Shown here: positions 51,037 to 61,548 of the stretch, piece by piece
Position numbering within the stretch: the stretch's first letter is position 1
Layout: each line of letters begins with the position of its first letter
DNA from: an uncultured Gemmataceae bacterium
GTDB lineage: Bacteria > Planctomycetota > Planctomycetia > Gemmatales > Gemmataceae
DNA length: 64,000 nucleotides
Direction: 5' to 3'
NCBI GenBank assembly: GCA_963750165.1
Contig: CAVVPN010000004.1
Span: forward strand, 96,001-160,000
Translations under genes and position numbers: made by a program
Notes under the pieces: model-generated
The model's database searches: none
What the model was told of the DNA's origin: nothing
Seen by the model: the letters and a program-made list of their open reading frames with translations, nothing else

Positions 51037-52041
51037 GTGGCGCTGCTCGTTCGCATTTACTACAACGCCGTCTTCGGCGCCCTGGGCGGGCTGCTCGGCT
51101 GGATGCTGTTCGGCGTCTTCGGCGACAAGAACCCCACCGCCGAGACGCAACCGCTCCAGATGCTCATCGGCGGCACCATCATCGGCGGCATCATCGGCTA
51201 CTTCGTCGTCAGCGTTGATGCCGTGCGCGACCAGGCCCTGGCGCGCTTCGCGCGTCTGGCGTCCTACGGCTTCGTGCTCGGTGCCATCGGTGGCGCCGTC
51301 GGCATGTTCCTGGGCGACCTGGTGAACACCTGGATGATCGCGCAGTTCGGCGGCGGCGTGGTGATGGCCATGCTGGCGCGCGGCCTGGGCTGGACGCTGC
51401 TGGGCGTGGCCATCGGCATGAGCGAGGGCATCGCCGCCCGGTCGCTCGGCAAGTTCAGCTACGGCACCATCGGCGGGGCGCTGGGCGGCTTCATCGGTGG
51501 CTGTCTGTTCGGCCTGTTCTACAAGCTGGCCACCGATCCGACGGAAACCGGTGAGGCCGTCGCCGCCTCGACCTACTTCTGGAACGCCGCCGGCCTGGTG
51601 ATCCTCGGCGCGTGCATCGGTTCGCTGTCGGCGCTGGTGCAGGGCGTCTTCCAGCCGGCGTCGGTCAAGGTGATGCGCGGCTGGCAGGAGGGCCGCGAGT
51701 ACGCGCTGGACAAGCCGGCCGTCCTGCTCGGCCGCCACGAGCACGCCGACATCCCGCTGTTCCGCGACATGAAGGTCGAGAAGCAGCACGCTTACATCAA
51801 GCGCGTCGGCAAGGGCTTCGTGCTCGTCAACAATCGGGCGCCCGCGGAGTTTACCCGGGTGAACGACCAGCCGGTGCCGCATTCCGTCGAGCTGAACGAT
51901 GGCGACCGTATCCAGCTGGGCAACGTCATCCTGCGCTTCCAGGCCCGCGCCGCCGTCAACCGCCAGCGGCCGCGCCGCGCCGCGCCCGGCGCCGCCGCGG
52001 CGGCGCCCAATGCCATTATCGCCGTGCCGCGGCGCCGGTAA
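51037..52041 (+). CDS. multi-pass Gly-rich membrane protein with C-terminal FHA domain
   Basis: About 6 Gly-zipper TM helices, then LGR...DI....HA...T.VN...L.DGD.IQLG; GTG after GGAGG. Confidence 0.85.
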   Translation: MALLVRIYYNAVFGALGGLLGWMLFGVFGDKNPTAETQPLQMLIGGTIIGGIIGYFVVSVDAVRDQALARFARLASYGFVLGAIGGAVGMFLGDLVNTWMIAQFGGGVVMAMLARGLGWTLLGVAIGMSEGIAARSLGKFSYGTIGGALGGFIGGCLFGLFYKLATDPTETGEAVAASTYFWNAAGLVILGACIGSLSALVQGVFQPASVKVMRGWQEGREYALDKPAVLLGRHEHADIPLFRDMKVEKQHAYIKRVGKGFVLVNNRAPAEFTRVNDQPVPHSVELNDGDRIQLGNVILRFQARAAVNRQRPRRAAPGAAAAAPNAIIAVPRRR

Positions 52042-52049
52042 GGGGTTGC

Positions 52050-52098
52050 TCCCCTCGCCCGCCCCCTGCAGGGGGAGAGGGGTCGGGGGCGAGGGGGC
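52050..52098. repeat. C/G-run REP-like palindrome
   Basis: CCCCTCGCCCGCCCCCTGCAGGGGGAGAGGGGTCGGGGGCGAGGGG. Confidence 0.55.
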
Positions 52099-52136
52099 AA
52101 CAATGTTGATACGACTTTCGTGAATGGACCTTTGAC

Positions 52137-54079
52137 ATGCCGCCGATTGTCTGCCCGAGTTGCAAAAGCACCAACCCCGAGGACGCGCAGTTCTGCTTCT
52201 TCGATGGCTCCAACCTCCGCGCCCATGGGTTCGCCGACGGCAGCGTCGCGGCCGTCAACAAGCTGCCGCGCGACTTCACCTTCCCCAGCGGCCGCCACTG
52301 CCGCACCTTTGACGACCTGGTGAAGGGCTGTCAGGAAGATTGGGAGAACGCCCGCGAACTGCTCCGCGGCGGCGTCCTCGGCCAGTTCTTCCTTGGGGCC
52401 GGCCGCGCCGACCTGGCCCGCGTCGCCCAGCAAGCGCTGGCACAGCCGGACCTGGACATCGCGCTGACCACGTTCCTCGACGCCCTGCCGGCGCTGAACC
52501 GGCAAGGCCCCAAGCTCGATCTCAACCCGCGGCGCGTGCTGCTCGGCAACGTCGTGGCCGGCGAGAGCCGGCAGGTTACGCTAACCGTCAGCAACCAGGG
52601 CGTCGGCATGCTCGCCGGCTCGGTCAGCGTCGTCGAGGGCGACAAATGGCTGCGGCTGGGCGGCGGTAACAACGGCCAGTGTTCGCTCAAGACCACGCAG
52701 GACCAGAAGGTGCTCGTGCAGGTCGATACACGCGGCCTGCCCGCCGGCCAGAGTTACGGCGGCAAGCTCAACGTCATCACCAACGGCGGCGTCTCCGAGG
52801 TGCCGGTGCGCGTCGATCTGATTGCGACGCCGTTCACCGCCGGCCCGTTCAAGGGCGTCCGCAGCCAGCGCGAGCTGGCCGAGCGCATGAAGGTCAAGCC
52901 GAAAGAGGCGGCTCCGCTGCTGGAGAACGGCGACATCGCCAAATGGTTCGCGGCCAATGGCTGGACCTTCCCCATCCAGGGCGTGCCGGTTCGCGGCGTC
53001 GCCGGCGTGCAGCAGTTCTTCGAGATGATGGGCCTGTCCAAGCCGCCGCCCGTGCAGGTCACGCCCGCGGAGGTGCGCGCCAGCGGCGCTTACCCGAAGC
53101 CCCTCCGCGGTCAGGTGACGCTGCAAACCCCCGGCAAACGCTGGGTCTACGCCAGCGTCGAGAGCAGCGCCCCATGGCTGCGCGTGCTGACGCCGTCCGT
53201 CAGTGGCCCGCAGCAGGCGCCGATCAACTTCGAGATCGACACGCGCCAGGTGCCGCGCGGCCGCGCCCAGAAGCGCAGCTAAAGGTCATCGCCAACGGTG
53301 GCCAGAAACTGACGGTCACGGTGCAGGCCGCGGTGACCGGCCTGAAGGGGCCGTCGCAGCTGGCGGGACTGCTGCGGCCGCTGCTGACCTGCGTGCTGGC
53401 GTTCTTCCTGCTGCGGCTGGTGCTGGCGCCGCTGATCGACGGCTACGCGCGCGGCGCGGCGGTGTCGGTGGCGGCGACGCGCGTGGCCGGGCCAACCGAC
53501 CCGGACGGGCCGCTGCACGCCTTCGCCGGCTGGTTGCAGCTACCGTGGACGCACATCCTGCTGGCCGACGATCCGCAGGCGCTGGACAGTTATCTACCGC
53601 CGCCGCCGCTGGGCACTGCCCCGACGGAGGAGCGCGTGCGGGAGTTCCGCGACTACTATTCGGGTTACTTCGTGCGCGGCGTGACGCTGTGGACGTGGTG
53701 GATCGGGGCACTGCTCGGGGCGGGCTGGGTGCTGCGCCGCGGCGGTAACTGGTTCGATGCCCTGTTTGGCCTGATCGCCGGGGCGGTTGCGGGCGTCGCC
53801 ATCGCTGCGACGCTCGGCTGTCTGATCCTGGTGGGCGATCTGGTGCCGGAGTTCCTCTGGGGCGTGACGCTGCGCGACCAGGGCGGCGGAGCGGGGCTGC
53901 TGGTCGTGTGGGTGCTGCTGGCGGTGTTCTGCTGGACGCTGCTGGGGGCGGTGCTGGGGCTGGTACTGACGGTGCTGGGGCCGCTGGGCAAGCCGCTGCT
54001 GGTGCCGATGCAGGCGCCGCTGGTGGGACTGTGCCGTCTGGTGGGGCTGCGTGGTGTGGCGGCGTACTTCGCGGGTTAG
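52137..54079 (+). CDS. zinc-ribbon / Ig(BACON)-like / multi-TM protein (paralogue A); frame break near 53268
   Basis: CPSC...CFFDG, FTFPSG, two Ig-like units with WL motif and TNGG/ANGG, hydrophobic C-terminus in the next frame. Confidence 0.78.
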
Positions 54080-54086
54080 CGTTTTT

Positions 54087-54184
54087 GGCGAGCGGCGTGG
54101 CGTCAGCCCGCCGTGCAGTCTCCGACATGGCGGGTTGACGCCGCGCAGTCCCCGACACGGCGGGCTGACGCCACGCCGCTCGCC
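54087..54184. repeat. REP-like 29-bp inverted repeat with internal 30-nt duplication
   Basis: GGCGAGCGGCGTGGCGTCAGCCCGCCGTG and its exact inverse; same family as 59894-59961. Confidence 0.85.
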
Positions 54185-54564
54185 GTTGCCACCCGTAGCG
54201 ATTATGCGTGCGGCCCGCGGGAGTTTTTCCTGGCCCGGTGCGGAACTTACTGGTAAATCAGGAAGCGTGTGCGGAAAATGCTGCTTGCGGCCCACGCTGG
54301 GCGTGACCCGCCGGGCCGAAATTCCGGTGCCTGGGCTATTGCTGCAACCTCAGGCGTGTGTTAAAAATCGAGTTATGGCGGGCGTGTGCGTAGGCTCAGG
54401 ACGACGACCGAAGAAGCCCAACCATCCCCTTCCCCGTTCAGGACGACGGTACTCCCCGCACACCGACAATCGGGAGAATCACACAGCGTCACTCGGCGCT
54501 TGGATTTGCCGCAGCGGCGCAGCGGGCGGCCTGTAACTATCACCTTTGCAGAGGTCTTACTGTA

Positions 54565-55839
54565 ATGGCCAAGATCCACATCGAACGCATGATGCACCGC
54601 AACAGCATCGCGGTCGCCGGCGAGACGGCGGCCACGTATGCGTTGATTAAACTCATCCCCGCCGGCGGCGGGGCGAGCAAACCCATGGGCCTCAACCTGG
54701 CGCTGGTGCTCGACGTCAGCGGCTCGATGTACGAGGAGGACGGCACCAGCATCTCGCGACTGCAGCGCGTCCAGGACGCCTCCGTCAACGCCATCAAGAC
54801 GCTCAAGCCCGAGGACACCCTGGCGGTGGTCGGCTTCGCCCACAACGCGATGGTCGTGCTGCCGCCCACCCCTGTCGCCGAAATGAGCAAGATCGAGGAA
54901 GCCATCCGCCGCATCGACATGTTCGACATCGACCAGGGCGGCACCTCGATGGACCAGGGCATGCAGCTGGCCCTCGGCGAACTCGAGAAGGCGGCGCGGC
55001 CCGGCAGCATCGCCCAGATGGTGGTGCTGACCGACGGCGAAACGTCCGGCGAACAGAACTGCCGCAAGCTCGCCCAGGAGGCCGCCACCAAGAAGTGCTC
55101 GCTGACGCTGATGGGCATCGGCACCGACTGGAAGGCCAACCTCATCAAGGATCTGGCCAAGCTCGGTGAGGGCAAGTGGTACTACATCGATACCAACCAG
55201 AAGGCCGAGGCGGAACGCATCTTCGTCGAGGAGTTCCAGCAGCTGGCCACCGCCGCCTTCCCAGACGCCGAGATGCACCTGCGGCTCATGAAGGACATCC
55301 GTCTGAAGCGCATCCGCCAGGTGGTGCCGACCATCAGCGAGCTGAAGCTGGACGAGCCCGAGGAGCGGCACCTGGTCGCCAAGCTCGGCACGTTGACCCA
55401 CGACCAGACTACCAAGTACATCATCGACCTGAGCCTGCCGAAGCGCGCCGACGGCAAGTACGTCATCGCCCAGATGGAGGTGACCTACGACGCCGGCGCC
55501 GGCAAGCGCGAGAGCAGCGGCATGGTGCCCATCGAGATGACCTACACCTCGGCGGGCCACGGCTACGTCAACGCCGAGGTCATGAAGCACATCGACGAGG
55601 TGCAGCTGTCGGAGATGAACAACATCCTGCAGGAGAAGATCGCCCAGGGCAACCAGGAAGAAGTCAAGAAGGTGGCGGAGCAGATCGAGAAGAAGGGCGA
55701 GGTGATGGGGCCGCGAGCCGCCAAGAAGACCATGCTCGCCCGCCAGGCCCTCGATGAACTGAACACCGGCGGCCGCGTTTCCAAGAAGACCATGCTGGCC
55801 ATGGACGACGCCATGCGCGGCGCCGATGAGGCGTCGTGA
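54565..55839 (+). CDS. vWA-domain protein
   Basis: MIDAS motif LVLDVSGSM, GGT, VLTDGE, GIG, G.WYYI. Confidence 0.92.
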   Translation: MAKIHIERMMHRNSIAVAGETAATYALIKLIPAGGGASKPMGLNLALVLDVSGSMYEEDGTSISRLQRVQDASVNAIKTLKPEDTLAVVGFAHNAMVVLPPTPVAEMSKIEEAIRRIDMFDIDQGGTSMDQGMQLALGELEKAARPGSIAQMVVLTDGETSGEQNCRKLAQEAATKKCSLTLMGIGTDWKANLIKDLAKLGEGKWYYIDTNQKAEAERIFVEEFQQLATAAFPDAEMHLRLMKDIRLKRIRQVVPTISELKLDEPEERHLVAKLGTLTHDQTTKYIIDLSLPKRADGKYVIAQMEVTYDAGAGKRESSGMVPIEMTYTSAGHGYVNAEVMKHIDEVQLSEMNNILQEKIAQGNQEEVKKVAEQIEKKGEVMGPRAAKKTMLARQALDELNTGGRVSKKTMLAMDDAMRGADEAS

Positions 55840-55846
55840 GGCGTCC

Positions 55847-55926
55847 TTCTGCCGCTTGCGGCTTAGCGCGCTGATACCCATCTGACGTTAAAAGGGATGC
55901 AGCGCGCTAAGCCGCAAGCGGCAGAA
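55847..55926. repeat. REP-like 27-bp inverted repeat (GCCGCTTGCGGC family)
   Basis: TTCTGCCGCTTGCGGCTTAGCGCGCTG ... exact inverse. Confidence 0.85.
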
Positions 55927-56068
55927 AACAGAGACAACCACTCTCCGCACGGACGCGGCTGACCCAGCGCGTCGCCCGCAGTTCGCCCCCAACCCGATTG
56001 CCACGTGCCCCGCGGCCGCCTCTCTCGGTTGACTGCGGCGCGGGCACCTGTCCGGAGGTTATGCCACA

Positions 56069-56962
56069 ATGTTGAAGTGTCCCTTCTGTGGATTTGACAA
56101 CGAGGACGGTGCGCTGTTCTGCGAGCAGTGCAAGTCCGACCTGAGCATGGTCCCCGCGCCCGTCGCCGCCGCGGCTGCACCTGTGCCCATGGCCGCGCCA
56201 ATGGCGGAGATCATGGGCGGCGCCGTCGAAGCCGTGCCAATGGCCGCCATCCTCGAAGACACCATCCCGCTGGCGCCGATGGGCGAGCCAGTGCCGATGG
56301 CCGCCCCGATGGATCAAAACATCCCGATGGCGCCGATCGTGGAAGAGCCGCCGATGGCCGCTCCCATCGTCGAAGCGGCGGTGGCCGCCGTCGCCGAAGT
56401 TGTCGCGCCGCCTGCGCCGCCGCCAGCCCCGGTCCCGGCCGCGCTCATCCCGGAGCCGGTGCCGCCGCCACCGATGCCGGTTGAAGCACCGCCGCCGGCC
56501 CCAGTTGCGGCCCCGCCGCCGGCTCCGGTCCCGGTTGCCGCTGCCCCGCCCCCGCCCCCGCCGGCTCCGGCCCCAGTCGCGCCGCCGCCCGCGCCGGCCG
56601 CCGTCGCGCCGCCCGCCGCGGGGCCGGGCATGCCGCCCGGTGCTCAGCCCCGGCTGGTGGTTGTCCGCGGCCAGAAGCTCAACTTCGAGTTCCCGATTTA
56701 CGAGGGCCACAACTACATCGGTCGCGCGGACGAGAAGCCGGTGGACATCGACCTGGAAGACCAGGAACCGCCGGATCGCGTCTGGTGCTCGCGGCAGCAC
56801 GCCCTCATCACGTTCGAGGAGAACCAGCTGCTGCTCGAGGATCTCAACAGCGCCAACGGCACCTACGTCAATCGCGCCCGCGTCTACCCGGGTCGCAAAC
56901 AGTCGCTGAACCCCAACGACGTGATTCAGATTGGCACGGTCCATCTGAAGGTCAAGGTCTGA
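56069..56962 (+). CDS. zinc-ribbon, Pro/Ala linker, FHA-domain protein
   Basis: CPFC...CEQC; IGR, SRQHA, DLNSANGTYVN canonical FHA residues. Confidence 0.92.
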   Translation: MLKCPFCGFDNEDGALFCEQCKSDLSMVPAPVAAAAAPVPMAAPMAEIMGGAVEAVPMAAILEDTIPLAPMGEPVPMAAPMDQNIPMAPIVEEPPMAAPIVEAAVAAVAEVVAPPAPPPAPVPAALIPEPVPPPPMPVEAPPPAPVAAPPPAPVPVAAAPPPPPPAPAPVAPPPAPAAVAPPAAGPGMPPGAQPRLVVVRGQKLNFEFPIYEGHNYIGRADEKPVDIDLEDQEPPDRVWCSRQHALITFEENQLLLEDLNSANGTYVNRARVYPGRKQSLNPNDVIQIGTVHLKVKV

Positions 56963-56966
56963 CGGA

Positions 56967-57122
56967 AATTGCAAATTGCAGATTGCAGATTGCAAATTGA
57001 AAGACATGGTTCGTAGTACCGCCTTTAGGCGGAATCTGACACGCTGATTCCGCCTAAAGGCGGTACTACGAACGCAGACAACCGGCTTTCAATTTGCAAT
57101 CTGCAATCTGCAATTTGCAATT
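56967..57122. repeat. nested inverted repeats (37-bp heptamer arms around a 28-bp GTAG-REP doublet)
   Basis: Outer arms 56967-57003 / 57086-57122 and inner arms 57009-57036 / 57046-57073, both perfect. Confidence 0.92.
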
Positions 57123-57138
57123 CACTAAGGAATGGGTT

Positions 57139-59867
57139 ATGTCGCAAACCTGCCAGAAATGTTCGCACGTCAACCCTGACGACGCCTCGTACTGCTACTA
57201 CGACGGGGCGGCGCTCGCCGGCCACTCCGCCAACGGCGGCCCGGTCAACGCCGGCTCGCAGCCCTTTCCCAGTCAGTTCGTCTTCCCAACCGGCCAGACC
57301 TGCCGCAACTTCGATCAGCTGGCCACCGCCTGTCAGCAGAACTGGGCCGCGGCTGTCGGTCTGCTGCGCCAGGGCTTTCTGGCCAGCTTCCTGGGCGGAC
57401 TCGGTCGCGCTGACCTGGCGATGGCGGCCCAGGAGTCAGCGCGCTTCCCCGACGCCGACCGTGGCCTCGACCAGCTGCTCGCCAAGCTGCCCTCGCAGGT
57501 GCTGGAAGCGCCCAGGCTGCTCGTCGAACCCACCGAGGTCAACCTCGGCGTCGTGCCGCTGGGCACCGACCGCCACTTTGAATTGCACCTGGCCAACCAG
57601 GGCATGCGGCTGCTGTACGGCTCGGTCGTCTCGGACTGCAAATGGTTGACGCTCGGCGAGGCGCCCGGCTCGTCGCAGAAATTGTTCCAGTTCGGCAGCG
57701 ACACGATCATCCTGGTGCAGGTTCGCGGCCAGCACCTGCGCGCCGGCAGCAAGGCACTGGAAGGCCATCTGGTCATCGAATCCAACGCCGGCGCGGTGAC
57801 CCTGACCGTCAAGGCGGACGTGCCGGTCAAGCCGTTCAAGGACGGCGTGCTGGCCGGCGCGACCAGTCCGCGGCAGGTGGCGGAGAAGGCCAAGGCGCAC
57901 CCCAAGGAATCCGCCGCCCTGTTCGAGAAGGGCGCGGTCGCGGCCTGGTTCAAGGAGAACGGCTGGACCTATCCGGTGCAGGGCCCCAGCGCCAGCGGCC
58001 TCGGTGCCGTGCAGCAGTTCTTCGAGGCCCTCGGGTTGGCGAAAGCGCCCGTCGTGGAGGTGACGCAGAAGTCGCTTGCGTTGCGCGGCGATCCGGGCCA
58101 GCCGCTCAAGGCGGAGATCGAGGTCAAGACGCAGGAAAAGCGACCGGTCTACGCGCACGCCACCAGCGATCAGCCGTGGCTGGACGTGAGCAAGACGCAG
58201 CTGAACGGTCGTCAGGCGCTGGTGCAGGTCGCGGTGACGGTGCCGAACCGCCCCGGTGAAACGTTGCAGGGCAAGGTGAAGGTGCAGGCCAACGGCAACC
58301 AGCGCTTCGTGGTGCCGGTGACGGTGCAGGTCGGCCGCGGCACTGGTTTCGTGGGCAATCTCCAGCACCAGCCGGTCGCCGCGGAACCTGTCCTGGCGCT
58401 GGCCGTCGAGGCGGTGCCGATGACGGCCCGGGTCGTCCACGCGCAGGCGGTCGCGGCCGAGCCGGTGGTGGCGGCGGTGGCCGCGGGCGGCAACTCCTTC
58501 GACTTCGACAACGCGCCGGTGGTGCAGGCCATCGTGGCGCCGGGTGGGCCGGTGATGGCGGCGCCGGTCATCGCGCCGACGGTTGGCGGTCGCCATCGCA
58601 GGGGGCAGCAGGACGAGACACCGTTCTGGCTGCATTTGCTGCCGTTGGTGGTTCTCTTCGTCGCGCTGCTCGGCGTCGTCGGCTGGGACATCTTTTTCGC
58701 GCCCGGGCCGACCAGCCCGATCCCGAGCCCATCGACCCGACGCCGCGCGTGCAGATCGGCTACGACGACGGCGGCGTGGACGAATTCGGGCGGCGCTGCG
58801 GCCAGTCGATGCGCATCGGCGAGACCGTGATCAACGCCAAGAACCCGAAGGACAACGGCAAGAAGTTGACGTTCCACGGCCACGGCGGCACCAACAGCAC
58901 GGTTGTGCTGGTGGACGGCCGGCCGATGTTCTTCGGCCCCCCCAGTCCCGGCCGCTGGTCGCCGATGAAAGAGGATTATGGCAGGTGGGGCGGCAAAAAA
59001 TCCGTCTGGAAGTATGACGACGGCATCACCGTCACTCAGTACGTGGAATTGTACCCCGGCGAGCCCGTGGAAGTGGACGGCCACTTCAAGCGCCAGCTCG
59101 ACACCGTCCGGGTGCGCTATGTCATCGAGAACCATGACAAACAGCCGCACCAGGTGGGCATTCGCGTCCTGATCGACACGCTCATCGGCAAGGACATTTC
59201 CAACGATGGCGTGCCGTTTACCGTGCCGGGGCTCAAGAAATTGGTGAAGGACTTCTACGACGTGGAATCCCCGCAGCCGATCCCGGACTTCGTGCAGGTA
59301 CTGGAGAACCCCGATCTGAAGAATCCGGGTATCGTCGGTTACATCAACCTCAAACTCGGCGGCAAGGTGGAGCCGCCGAGCCGCCTGAGCCTGACGCGCT
59401 GGCAGCAGGCACGGCTGCAAGACTGGGAAATCCCCATCGTGCCCATCCAGGATCCCAAGGGGGGGGCGGACTCCTCCGTGGTCATCTACTGGAAGGCGAA
59501 GGAGCTAAGGCCGGGCGGGGAGCGCGAGGTCGGCTACAGTTACGGCCTGGGCGACGTGTCCAGCAAGAGCGGCATGCTGGCCATCACGGTCGGCGGCGTC
59601 AAGACGCCGGGCCAGGAATTGACCGTCACCGCCCTGGTGCAGTCGCCGAAGGCCGGCGAAAAACTGACGCTCAAGTTGCCGGACGGCATGAGGTTCAAGG
59701 AGGGCGTCAGTGCCGAGCAAGTGGTGCCGCCTGAACAGGGCGGGCAAGCGCCCGTGACCTGGCACATCGAGGCGACCCGGCAGGGCAATTTTGACCTGGA
59801 GGTAACCTCTACCTCGGGTGTCAAGCAGAAGAAGCGCGTCGTCATCAAGGAGTCGTCCATCTTCTGA
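57139..59867 (+). CDS. zinc-ribbon / Ig-like / single TM / extracytoplasmic-domain protein (paralogue B); frame break near 58725
   Basis: N-terminal ~400 aa align by eye with paralogue A; TM at FWLHLLPLVVLF; ORF 58749..59867 has no good start and continues the protein. Confidence 0.75.
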
Positions 59868-59893
59868 CGCCGACATGCTCAGTGGAAAACCGA

Positions 59894-59961
59894 GGCGAGC
59901 GGCGCGGCGTCAGGCCGCCGGTACTTCAGCGCACCGGCGGGCTGACGCCGCGCCGCTCGCC
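59894..59961. repeat. REP-like inverted repeat
   Basis: GGCGAGCGGCGCGGCGTCAG...CTGACGCCGCGCCGCTCGCC. Confidence 0.85.
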
Positions 59962-60077
59962 GCAGGCTGCTGCCGACTGTTTTCATCTCCTGCGCGGCAT
60001 TTCCCGCGGCGTCCCTGGTGTTTGTGACCTACACTTCGAGTGGGACACCCTTTCCACCATGCTTGTGGATACAGCGT

Positions 60078-61487
60078 ATGGTCGGGCGCATGTTTCTGGG
60101 TCGCTATGAGACGCTCCGCCTGCTGGGCGAGGGCGGCATGGGACGCGTCTACCTCGCCAAACAGACCGACCTCGGCCGTCAGGTGGTCGTGAAAGTGATG
60201 CACGACCACATCGCCCTGGACCCGAAGTTCCGCGAACGCTTCCAGCGCGAAACGCTGCTGATGGCACGGTTCCAGCACCCCTATGTGGTCACCCTCTACG
60301 ACGCCTCGCTGACCGATCCGCAGGGCCCGTGCATCGTCATGGAGTACATCCGCGGCGTGACGCTCGACACGCTGCTGCACCGCAATGGCCGGCTCAACCC
60401 GGCCCGCATCGCCCGGCTGCTGGGCCAGCTCTGCGAGGCGCTGCAGGCCGCCCACACCGAAGGCATCGTCCACCGCGATCTGAAGCCGGCCAACCTGATG
60501 GTGGTGGACCCGGACACGCCCTACGAGAAGATCAAGGTGATGGACTTCGGCCTCGCCAAGCTGATCGACGCGCCGGCGCGGCCGTTGAACAAGGTCAGCG
60601 ACACCGGCGCGGACTTCGCGGTCGGCACACCTGGCTACATCTCACCGGAGCAGGTGCGCGGCGACGAGACCGACCACCGCAGCGACCTGTACAGCGTTGG
60701 CATCATCCTCTTCGAACTGCTGACGGGCCGGCTGCCATTCACCGGCAGCGAGACGATGGACGTGCTGCTGGCGCACGCGACGACGCCGCCGCCAACGTTC
60801 GCGGAGATCGGCGCCGCCGACTTTTTGTCGCCGGCTGTCGAGCAGGTGGTGCAGGCGTGCCTGGCCAAGCACCCCTCCGAGCGGCCCTCCACCGCCCGCG
60901 AGCTGGCCGAGCGCTACGAGGGCGCCCTGGCGGTCGATGAGAACCGCACGTTGACGCCGGCCGCCATCCGGCAGCTGCGCCGCGACGAACGGCGGACGCC
61001 GCCGCAGCGGACGCCGCCGGAGGACACGCCCCGCGACATCGCGGCCGATCCGGACAACATGCCGCCGCTGCCGCCGCCGGAGTACGACGATCCGAGCGTG
61101 GTCGTCCACCACCTGGAGGCGTGGATGCCGGAGATGATCGCGGCGTACAAGCTGCGCGGCTTCGTGGAGGATGTGGGCGGCGAGGTGATCGAGTGCGTGC
61201 CGGGGCTGATCCGCGTGCGTCTGGGCGGCCGTGGCAGTCCGTACTGGTCGGGCAACAGCAGTCCGCTGTCGTGGCTGGGCCTCGGCCGTCGGGCGGGCAT
61301 GGTGGACGTGGAACTGCGCCTGCAGCGTGCCAACCCGAGCCAGCAGAGTCTGTTGACCATCACCGTGCTGATGCGCTCGCCGACCGCCGGCACACCGAAC
61401 AGCGCCTGGCGCAATCGCTGCAATCAAATCTTCTGCGACCTGCGCGCGTACTTGATGGGCCAGGGAACCGTCACCGAAGCAAGGTGA
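60078..61487 (+). CDS. Hanks-type Ser/Thr protein kinase, soluble, with uncharacterised C-terminal domain
   Basis: LGEGGMGRV, VVVK, HRDLKPAN, DFGLAK, GTPGYISPE, SDLYSVG; no TM seen. Confidence 0.96.
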   Translation: MVGRMFLGRYETLRLLGEGGMGRVYLAKQTDLGRQVVVKVMHDHIALDPKFRERFQRETLLMARFQHPYVVTLYDASLTDPQGPCIVMEYIRGVTLDTLLHRNGRLNPARIARLLGQLCEALQAAHTEGIVHRDLKPANLMVVDPDTPYEKIKVMDFGLAKLIDAPARPLNKVSDTGADFAVGTPGYISPEQVRGDETDHRSDLYSVGIILFELLTGRLPFTGSETMDVLLAHATTPPPTFAEIGAADFLSPAVEQVVQACLAKHPSERPSTARELAERYEGALAVDENRTLTPAAIRQLRRDERRTPPQRTPPEDTPRDIAADPDNMPPLPPPEYDDPSVVVHHLEAWMPEMIAAYKLRGFVEDVGGEVIECVPGLIRVRLGGRGSPYWSGNSSPLSWLGLGRRAGMVDVELRLQRANPSQQSLLTITVLMRSPTAGTPNSAWRNRCNQIFCDLRAYLMGQGTVTEAR

Positions 61488-61547
61488 GGGGGTGAAGGGG
61501 TGAGGGGGTGAAAGAGCAGTTGTCTTTCACCCCCTCACCCCCTCATC
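61483..61547. repeat. octamer tandem repeat hairpin between convergent genes
   Basis: GGTGAGGG-type x4, then CCCTCACC-type x3. Confidence 0.8.
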
Positions 61548-61548
61548 T

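Noticed and set aside
54190..54560. Structured leader RNA upstream of the vWA gene
   Set aside because: The intergenic stretch is long but shows no recognisable RNA family or strong stem; a covariance-model search would be needed.
51037..61487. Type VI secretion regulatory module (Fha/PpkA/vWA) or TerY-phosphorylation triad
   Set aside because: No T6SS structural genes, PP2C phosphatase or ter genes in the window.
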